DNA of 13,946 nt from an uncultured delta proteobacterium (GTDB lineage Bacteria > Desulfobacterota > Desulfuromonadia > Desulfuromonadales > BM103): assembly GCA_963715335.1 (NCBI GenBank), contig CAVQRZ010000013.1, forward strand, positions 1-13,946, given 5' to 3'. A program made the position numbers and the translations under genes. Below, piece after piece: positions 7,684-13,946 of this stretch (position 1 is its first letter; each line of letters opens with the position of its first letter). A model generated the notes under the pieces. The model saw only the letters and a program-made list of their open reading frames with translations. It did not search any database and was not told the origin of the DNA.

Positions 7684-8634
7684 GTGAATTATGGCATATC
7701 AGAAGCATCAATAACCAGTGACATCAATGCACTCGATATCACGTTAGCTTTTGCCATCAGGGATCTGGATGGCGTGGAGCTCCTCCCTGCGGGGCTCCTG
7801 CTCGACGAGGCGATCATCAGTGATATCGCCAGGCGGGGACGGCTGAGGCAGTTCAAGTCCAGCTGCCTGCTCCAGCACGACAAGGTCCTGGCGGACATGG
7901 AACGCTTCATGAGCGATGATCCCTACGCGTTTGTTTTTGGCGGCGCCGACGGGGTTCGGGACCATCTCAGGCCGTTCGGTGAGATACCGATTCCGCAGCC
8001 CCTTTTGACCGCGCTGGACATGTTCAAGCAAAGCGACTTCTATACCTATCGCCACTCACTGGTCGTTTTCGCTCTGACCTCTTTCATGATGGAAAAATGC
8101 TACCCAAACACAATGGCAGAGAGGAATATCCTGCTGGTCGGGCCGACTCACGACGTCGGCAAACTGTCGATCCCCTCCGACATCCTGCAAAAAAAGACTC
8201 CCCTGACCCGCCGGGAGCGCCAATCCCTTGAATTTCACGCCGTGGCCGGTTTCGTGTTGCTCAGTTATTACCTTGGAGATCATCGCCATCCGGCGGCGCA
8301 TGTTGCCCTCAACCATCATGAACGATGCAACGGTTCAGGTTACCCGAGAGGCCTTGCCGCGGTGAGCCCCCTGGTGGAAATGGTTGCTACCTGCGATGTC
8401 TATGACGCCCTGATATCTTCCCGGCCTTACCGGACGGGAGAGTACGACAACCGTACGGCCCTGGAAGAGCTATCCGACATTGCAGAGGAAGGAGCGTTGG
8501 GCTGGTACGGTATCCAGGCCCTGATCGGGTGCAACCGGGCTGATCACCCTGCGCCGGATGAGGTCGAGGTCTCACGTGAGAGACGCGGTAAAGCACCAGA
8601 GAGCAACTGTCACTCTGTCACCGTTGACCAGTAG
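7684..8634 (+). CDS. HD-GYP domain cyclic dinucleotide phosphodiesterase with no recognisable sensor domain
   Basis: YTYRHS, HDVGK, HHERCNGSGYPRGL, CDVYDAL and SRPYR motifs. GTG start after AGGGGGG. Confidence 0.9.
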   Translation: MNYGISEASITSDINALDITLAFAIRDLDGVELLPAGLLLDEAIISDIARRGRLRQFKSSCLLQHDKVLADMERFMSDDPYAFVFGGADGVRDHLRPFGEIPIPQPLLTALDMFKQSDFYTYRHSLVVFALTSFMMEKCYPNTMAERNILLVGPTHDVGKLSIPSDILQKKTPLTRRERQSLEFHAVAGFVLLSYYLGDHRHPAAHVALNHHERCNGSGYPRGLAAVSPLVEMVATCDVYDALISSRPYRTGEYDNRTALEELSDIAEEGALGWYGIQALIGCNRADHPAPDEVEVSRERRGKAPESNCHSVTVDQ

Positions 8635-8848
8635 CTTATGATGGCTTGGGTGGCTGTTGAGTGTGACAGGCCTGCCGAGCGATCGCGCTGCGGATTGTCA
8701 CGTCCCGGGCCATGCAGGAAGGAGCCTGTTGTTTGCGCAACCCTTCTGGTCTTGCCGCGCATCAGTCTGGCCCAGTTTAAATTCACGCCGTGTGTCATTC
8801 AGCATCGGGCCGAAGTCGACGCACGGAAAAGGTTTCAGGGACCATAGC

Positions 8849-9598
8849 ATGAACCTAGATTATCTCTACGGCATCAACCCCATCAAAGAAGCTTTGCGCG
8901 GTCGTCGTCGACCGGTCGAATTGTTTGTCGACGAGAAAGCCGGCGGCAAGCGCATCGAGGAAGTCCTGGCCCTGGCAAAGGATTGTGAGGTGCCGGTTCG
9001 ACAACGCCGTCGTCAGGATCTTGACCGACTCGCCGGGCTGCCCCATCACCAGGGGGTGGTGATGAGTATGGAGCCATTCCCCTACAGCGAGCTTGAGGAT
9101 CTTCTGACCGCTTGGCAGGCGTCCGGCCAGGACGGGTTCTTCCTGCTACTGGATGGGATCACCGACCCGCACAACCTGGGAGCGATTCTGCGCAACGCCG
9201 ACGCGGCAGGTTGTCAGGCTGTGGTGATCACCAAAGACCGCAGCTGCGGGATCACCAACGTTGTCGACAAAGCATCGGCCGGTGCGGTGGAACATCTCGC
9301 CGTCTGCCAGGTGACCAACCTGGCCAGGGCCATCGAGACGCTGAAGAAGAGCGGCTTCTGGGTGTACGGCCTGGCTGCCGGCGAAGCGGCGCAGCCCCTG
9401 TTTACCTCGAGCCTGTCCGGCCACCTTGCCCTGGTCATCGGGGGCGAAGGCGAGGGCCTGCGTCAGCGAACCCGCCAGCTGTGCGATGGCCTGCTGGAAA
9501 TCCCGATGAGCGGCGCTGTCGCGTCAATGAACGCCGCTTCGGCAAGTGCCGTGGCTTTGTTCGAGGTTGTCCGGCAAAAAGCTACTGCTAATAAATAG
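8849..9598 (+). CDS. rlmB: 23S rRNA (guanosine-2251-2'-O)-methyltransferase, SpoU/TrmH family
   Basis: YLYGINPIKEAL, HHQGVV, LDGITDPHNLGAILRNA, KASAGA, VIGGEGEGLR and IPMSGAVASMNAA. Start placed at ATG 8849 after AGGGA rather than at 8657. Confidence 0.92.
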   Translation: MNLDYLYGINPIKEALRGRRRPVELFVDEKAGGKRIEEVLALAKDCEVPVRQRRRQDLDRLAGLPHHQGVVMSMEPFPYSELEDLLTAWQASGQDGFFLLLDGITDPHNLGAILRNADAAGCQAVVITKDRSCGITNVVDKASAGAVEHLAVCQVTNLARAIETLKKSGFWVYGLAAGEAAQPLFTSSLSGHLALVIGGEGEGLRQRTRQLCDGLLEIPMSGAVASMNAASASAVALFEVVRQKATANK

Positions 9599-9625
9599 GC
9601 CAGACGGCAGTCAGCCGTCTGGCCT
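9597..9625. terminator. Perfect 12-bp GC-rich hairpin at the rlmB stop; possible terminator, more likely for the minus strand
   Basis: AGGCCAGACGGC-agtca-GCCGTCTGGCCT. No U-tract follows on the plus strand; ATTTATT follows on the minus strand. Confidence 0.5.
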
Positions 9626-9671
9626 CAGGTTGCTGACAAACCTCGCACGTGATGCGGAGTTTCTCTAAATC

Positions 9672-9712
9672 ATAGTGCAGCAGATGGTTAATCTGTTGCA
9701 CTATTTCTTTTT
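9672..9712 (+). terminator. Intrinsic terminator-like hairpin downstream of rlmB (palindrome copy A)
   Basis: ATAGTGCAGCAGAT-ggtta-ATCTGTTGCACTAT (14 bp, one G-U pair) followed by TTCTTTTT. Confidence 0.7.
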
Positions 9713-9734
9713 CTGGAAATGCTTAAAAACAAAA

Positions 9735-9965
9735 CCGGCGGGTCGCGTCCCCCGGGTCCTGCTTTGATTTTGTCCCTAAATTTCGGAGGACAATAAGCAG
9801 AACCGGCAGTTCGCGTACTGCCGGACGCCTTCCTTTTTGTCCAAGCGGCGACAAAAAGGAAGCAAAAAACGCCTTTCTCCTAGCGGAGGGCATATACGTT
9901 CGCGAGGAGTATATGACTTCCAAAAACAACAGAGGAGACGAGCCGGCCCGTTACATGGGGCCTCG
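9735..9965. repeat. Cluster of back-to-back hairpins; putative non-autonomous repeat or structured RNA
   Basis: Stems at 9735-9755 and 9803-9824 (both CCGG...CCGG with loop TCGCGT), 9759-9800, 9829-9862 (perfect 13 bp CTTCCTTTTTGTC/GACAAAAAGGAAG), 9871-9891, 9891-9915 (CATATAC/GTATATG) and about 9939-9965. Confidence 0.6.
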
Positions 9966-10029
9966 CCGCACAGCTCTCAATATGGTGTGGCAGGATCATA
10001 CTGAGGAGACATCCTGCAACCGGCAAGCT

Positions 10030-10066
10030 AAATATAACGGCAACAGATTGTGAATCTGCTGCCGTT
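10030..10066 (-). terminator. Intrinsic terminator-like hairpin downstream of pfk (palindrome copy B)
   Basis: Minus strand AACGGCAGCAGATT-cac-AATCTGTTGCCGTT followed by ATATTT, about 40 nt after the pfk stop. Confidence 0.6.
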
Positions 10067-10104
10067 GCAATGACCAACCAATACACAAGAGCAGGTGGTT
10101 GAAT

Positions 10105-11304
10105 TTAAATGTCGCTGGTCATGATAAAGGTCGGCAGGCGCAGGAACGACTCGTATTTCGGCCGTAGACGCTCGGTGTCGTAATACTTGCTGATATCAAC
10201 GACTTTTTTGCGGCCGGTCACCACCTCGATCGGCACGGTGTCATAACAGCCGTTGTGCAGGCTGATCAGGCGTCCCGAGGTGTTGGCGAGGACCATGTCG
10301 AAGGCGAGGTTGCCGAAGGCCATCGGCACGATCGAATCCATCGCGTCGGGGTCTCCGCAACGTACCAGGTAGCCCAGCCTCTGGCTGAGGACGTTGACCC
10401 GGCGACCGTTATTGAATTTCGGTGAGAGCTCCTTCAGCTGTGCAGCGACCTGGTCGCCTATCCCGCCAAGCTTCTTGTGACCGTACTGGTCAGTCTCTTC
10501 CCCCTCGTAAAGCATGCCGTCGTGATGGGTCATGGTCGCGCCTTCAGAGATCAGGACCACCGAGTAGTTGCTCGGATGTTTGCGACGGTCGTAGCTGAGC
10601 AGGTCGCAGAGCTGCTCCATGTCGAAAGCGTGTTCCGGGATGACGCAGCGGTCGGCGGCACCGGCCATGGTCGGCAGGATCGCCGAGAACCCGGCATAGC
10701 GACCGAACACTTCGAGGACGAGGAAGCGTTCATGGGACCCGGCGCTGGTGCGCAGCCGGTGGGTCAGTTCGATCGTCCGGGTGACACAGGTCGAGAAGCC
10801 GATACAGTAATCGGTGCCAGGCACGTCGTTGTCCATGGTCTTCGGAATGGCGACCACCTTGACCCCCTCTTCATGCAGGCGCTGTCCGTAGCTGAGCGTG
10901 TCGTCGCCGCCGATCGGGATGAGGAAGTCCAGGCCGAGGAAGTCGATGTTTTTCAGGATCTGTGGCGTGACGTCGTTGATCGTTTCCCGGTAAGTATCCT
11001 GCAGGTGGACCGGGACATTGGTGATCGGCAAGTGGCTTGGACGGGTCCGCGAGGTATGCAGAAAAGTCCCGCCCGTGCGGCCTGCGCGGTTGACAATCTC
11101 CTCGGTCAGCTCCTGTACGCAGCTGCTGTTGTCGGCATGCGGGTCGGGAACCAGGTCGACCAGTCCGGCCCAGCCGCGCCGGATGCCGAGAACCCTGTAT
11201 CCATCTCTAAGGGCGCGCACTGTCAACGCCCGGATCGCCGGGTTAAGGCCCGGGACATCTCCTCCCCCGGTGAGTATGCCGATCGTCCCTTTTATCTTTG
11301 ACAT
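10105..11304 (-). CDS. pfkA: 6-phosphofructokinase (PfkA family, group III-like), predicted pyrophosphate-dependent
   Basis: IGILTGGGDVPGLN, GGTFLHTSR, IGGDDT, AIPKTMDNDVPGTDYCIGFST, SHER, EVFGRYAG and RLGYLVRCG. RBS AGGAGA (11311-11316, minus strand). Confidence 0.92.
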   Translation of the reverse strand: MSKIKGTIGILTGGGDVPGLNPAIRALTVRALRDGYRVLGIRRGWAGLVDLVPDPHADNSSCVQELTEEIVNRAGRTGGTFLHTSRTRPSHLPITNVPVHLQDTYRETINDVTPQILKNIDFLGLDFLIPIGGDDTLSYGQRLHEEGVKVVAIPKTMDNDVPGTDYCIGFSTCVTRTIELTHRLRTSAGSHERFLVLEVFGRYAGFSAILPTMAGAADRCVIPEHAFDMEQLCDLLSYDRRKHPSNYSVVLISEGATMTHHDGMLYEGEETDQYGHKKLGGIGDQVAAQLKELSPKFNNGRRVNVLSQRLGYLVRCGDPDAMDSIVPMAFGNLAFDMVLANTSGRLISLHNGCYDTVPIEVVTGRKKVVDISKYYDTERLRPKYESFLRLPTFIMTSDI

Positions 11305-11471
11305 GTTAAGTCTCCTTGACTGGTTGTTAAGTTGAGCAAGCTGCTGCTCAGGTAATGTTAATCAATCTTTAACGCTTCACAAGTATTATTCGAGTTTTTG
11401 ACGGTCGGGCAGACAATTGTCATCGTCTGACGACGGCCACATAAATGTTGGCGGTTCCAGCCAGGCGATTC

Positions 11472-11501
11472 TTGACTTTGTCCGGAAACAACGGGTAAGG
11501 T
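11472..11501 (+). promoter_or_regulatory. Putative sigma70 promoter for the riboswitch-btuB transcript
   Basis: TTGACT (11472-11477), 18-nt spacer, TAAGGT (11496-11501). The implied transcription start falls just before the riboswitch. Confidence 0.5.
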
Positions 11502-11509
11502 TGCGCCAT

Positions 11510-11705
11510 ACATTTTCAGATGCCGCAAGGCTTGACCGGTGTAGCGATCCGTTGCGAAACCGGACAAAAGGGAACCCGGTGTAAATCCGGGACGGGCCCG
11601 CCGCTGTGACCGGGGACGAACATCGCTACACAAGCCACTGACACCACTTGTCGGGAAGGCGCGATCAGTAGGACGAACCGGAAGTCAGAAGACCTGTCTG
11701 AAGAG
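11510..11705 (+). ncRNA. Cobalamin (B12) riboswitch aptamer; boundaries approximate
   Basis: Conserved blocks AAAAGGGAA-CCCGGTGTAAATCCGGGACGGGCCCGCCGCTGTGA, GCCACTG, GGGAAGG and B12 box AGTCAGAAGACCTGTC. TTCAGA/TCTGAA closing helix. Upstream of a TonB-dependent receptor. Confidence 0.95.
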
Positions 11706-11765
11706 ATTTGAGTTGCTGCCCCCGCGGTCACGGGGTGGTTGCCGAGAGTTCGTGGAGATACAGGG

Positions 11766-11803
11766 AATCCCCGGATCAATTTTATATTGACCGGGGATTT
11801 TTT
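11766..11803 (+). terminator. Riboswitch expression-platform terminator (attenuator)
   Basis: AATCCCCGG-A-TCAAT-tttat-ATTGA-CCGGGGATT followed by a T run, between the aptamer and the btuB start. Confidence 0.75.
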
Positions 11804-11836
11804 ATGGCCCCGGTCCCTTGTCACGGGAGTGTGGGT

Positions 11837-13822
11837 ATGTACAGAAGTCTGATGTTGGTGTTGTTGGGTTTGCTGGTAGCTGGGTCGGCGATTGCGGCGG
11901 GAGACGATTCGTCGGCGGCGGTGATGGATGAGGTTGTCGTTACGGCGACCAGACAGGAGGAATCTCTCTCCAGGGTGCCCGCTAATGTGACGGTCATCAC
12001 AGAAGAAGAAATTGAACAATCCGCAGCTCAGAATGTCCCAGAATTGCTGAGAACGATTCCAGGTGTATTGGTGAACGACATCGCCGGGAACGGTCGCAAC
12101 TATACTGTTGACTTGAGAGGCTTTGGTGAAACAGCTTCATTGAACACTTTGGTGCTTGTTGATGGTAGACGTATCAATCAAGCTGATTTGAGTGGTGTTG
12201 ATTGGGTCCTGATCCCAAAAGATCGTGTTGAGCGTATTGAGATTGTTCGCGGCGGTAGAGGTAGCGTCCTCTATGGTGACAATGCTACTGGAGGCGTTAT
12301 CAATATCATCACTAAAGGTGGTGCTGAAGGATTCTCTAGTGGTGTGGGGTCATATGCCGGTAGCTATGATACTTTTCAGGGCTCGGCATCTGTAAATGCC
12401 GGTTTAGAAAAATTGTCGATGGCTGTAAACGGTAATTATCTTACCTCTGATGGGTATCGTGATAATAGTGATACAGAATCTAAAAATGTGGGCGCGAACC
12501 TGAATTATGAAATCTCTGATCATCTTTCTCTTCGATTAAATACAGGTTATCACGAAGATGATACTGGGCAGCCAGCAGCTCTGTACAAGTCTGCACTTGA
12601 CAGTGGGGTGTCTCGCAGGTCAACCACTGCTCCGGATGACCGAGTTGAAACAGATGACTGGTATCTTCAAGGTGGTACTCAATATTTTTTGACTGATAAT
12701 GTTTCTCTCGATATTGATGCTTCAATGCGCAATCGTGAGGCAGATTTCACCTATGACTCTATTGGCACTACCGGGAAGACGGAGATTGATACGGTAGCCG
12801 TTTCTCCAAAGTTGGTTTTGGCTAAAGATCTGTTTGGTTTTGACTCTAGAATTTTGTTTGGATTCGACTATCAAAAGGATGATGAGGATATTTTTACAGA
12901 TAACTTTACGGGGGCAAATAAGCGAGATTTGAGCAAAGAAAGTTATGGCTATTATGCGCATGCAGATATCGCTGTAAATAAGATGTTGTCAATTTCGAGT
13001 GGCCTCAGAAAGGAAAGTGCTAGGTTCGAGTTTGATTGGATAAATGGCAGCGAGAAGAACTCAAAGACGATAGATGAGGATCTCTTTACTGTTGGCGGCA
13101 CTTATAAGATATCTGAAAGTTCTTCGGTATATGCCAGTTATGCAAAAAGCTATCGGACGCCTGTTTTGGATGAGTTTTACAACCTGTTTTACGATACTTT
13201 TGACGCGCATTTGGACGCCCAAAATTCCAATGATGTTGAAATCGGTATGCGGCTGAAGTTGGGTATAGATACGGCACTTAAGGCTAATTTGTTTTATGTC
13301 AAAACAGAAGATGAGATTTTTCTCAACCCGGTGACATATGTTAATGAAAACTTGGATGGAGACACTATCCGTCAAGGTTTTGAATTGGCGTTCTCCACGG
13401 TTGTTCGTGACATCATGTTCAATGGCGGTTACACCTTTAGGGATACCGAGATTGACGGTGGTCAATTTGATGGCAAAGAGTTGCCAAATGTTCCAAAACA
13501 TCAGCTGAACTTGGGAGTTCAGAAAACTTTTGACAATAGAATACAGTTGGGAATCAATGGCCTCTATGTTGGAGAGAGACGCCATATCTCGGATTTTGAT
13601 AACGACAAAGGACACTTAGAAGATTATTTCTACGTGACTAGCCAGCTGTCTTATCTCCTAGAGACAGGCAGAGTATATCTTGCGGTTAACAATCTACTTA
13701 ACGAAGAGTACTCAGAATATGGGGTTGATTATGGTAATGATTACCTTGATGGCTCCCCCATTGTGGGCTTGTATCCTTCTCCCAAAATAAATTTTATTGT
13801 AGGTGCTGATTTCAAGTTTTAG
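11837..13822 (+). CDS. btuB: TonB-dependent outer-membrane receptor, probable cobalamin/corrinoid transporter (BtuB-like)
   Basis: ATG 11837 after GGGAG. Signal peptide MYRSLMLVLLGLLVAGSAIAA, TonB box DEVVVTATR, plug motifs LRGFG, TLVLVDGRRIN and VERIEIVRGGRGSVLYGDNATGGVINIITK, and C-terminal Phe. Substrate is inferred from the upstream cobalamin riboswitch. Confidence 0.85.
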   Translation: MYRSLMLVLLGLLVAGSAIAAGDDSSAAVMDEVVVTATRQEESLSRVPANVTVITEEEIEQSAAQNVPELLRTIPGVLVNDIAGNGRNYTVDLRGFGETASLNTLVLVDGRRINQADLSGVDWVLIPKDRVERIEIVRGGRGSVLYGDNATGGVINIITKGGAEGFSSGVGSYAGSYDTFQGSASVNAGLEKLSMAVNGNYLTSDGYRDNSDTESKNVGANLNYEISDHLSLRLNTGYHEDDTGQPAALYKSALDSGVSRRSTTAPDDRVETDDWYLQGGTQYFLTDNVSLDIDASMRNREADFTYDSIGTTGKTEIDTVAVSPKLVLAKDLFGFDSRILFGFDYQKDDEDIFTDNFTGANKRDLSKESYGYYAHADIAVNKMLSISSGLRKESARFEFDWINGSEKNSKTIDEDLFTVGGTYKISESSSVYASYAKSYRTPVLDEFYNLFYDTFDAHLDAQNSNDVEIGMRLKLGIDTALKANLFYVKTEDEIFLNPVTYVNENLDGDTIRQGFELAFSTVVRDIMFNGGYTFRDTEIDGGQFDGKELPNVPKHQLNLGVQKTFDNRIQLGINGLYVGERRHISDFDNDKGHLEDYFYVTSQLSYLLETGRVYLAVNNLLNEEYSEYGVDYGNDYLDGSPIVGLYPSPKINFIVGADFKF

Positions 13823-13831
13823 TGAATCAAT

Positions 13832-13946
13832 ATGAGAATGCTTCTTGTTTTGATATTGTCTCTGCTGTTTTTGACCCCCGCTAATGCATATTGCCGCGAA
13901 TTGATCGACCAGATCGGTCGCACGGTCGAGATCGCCGAGCCTTTAA
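13832..13946 (+). CDS. Periplasmic binding protein of a cobalamin/Fe-siderophore ABC transporter (BtuF-like), truncated by the window edge
   Basis: Translates as MRMLLVLILSLLFLTPANAYCRELIDQIGRTVEIAEPL: a signal peptide followed by the D-x-x-G-R-x-V-x-I motif typical of class III binding proteins. It starts 9 nt after btuB. Confidence 0.7.
   Translation, partial: MRMLLVLILSLLFLTPANAYCRELIDQIGRTVEIAEPL

Noticed and set aside
8657..8848. N-terminal extension of rlmB in the ORF track; likewise the starts at 3787, 6111 and 11708
   Set aside because: Family-like sequence and RBS begin at the downstream starts. The 11708 extension runs through the riboswitch terminator.
9626..9643. CAGGTTGCTGACAAACCT, reminiscent of an IS/MITE end
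   Set aside because: No matching inverted partner, target duplication or transposase found in the window.
9597..10066. CRISPR array
   Set aside because: The hairpins are not regularly spaced direct repeats with unique spacers, and there are no cas genes.
11372..11382. Rex-like half-site TTCACAA upstream of pfk
   Set aside because: The partner half-site matches TTGTGAA poorly.

Overview
Mostly core chromosome of a GC-rich anaerobe. Gene content and order suggest a Desulfuromonadia/Geobacter-like deltaproteobacterium (inference). Left to right: a 3'-truncated tRNA-Sec (selC) directly downstream of yedF on the minus strand; divergent ispG, proS, a DUF4388-like multidomain protein and pyrF; a lower-GC c-di-GMP pair (REC-GAF-GGDEF cyclase and HD-GYP phosphodiesterase); rlmB; a ~500-nt intergenic region packed with hairpins and bracketed by two related palindromes in inverted orientation; a convergent phosphofructokinase with PPi-type signature residues; and a cobalamin riboswitch controlling a btuB-like TonB-dependent receptor, whose body is abruptly AT-rich, followed by the start of a btuF-like gene. 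No transposase, integrase, CRISPR array or phage gene was seen. The best candidates for undescribed biology are the 9672-10066 structured element, the AbrB-like/DUF4388/degenerate-MshEN protein near the cyclase-phosphodiesterase pair, and the mosaic btuB.
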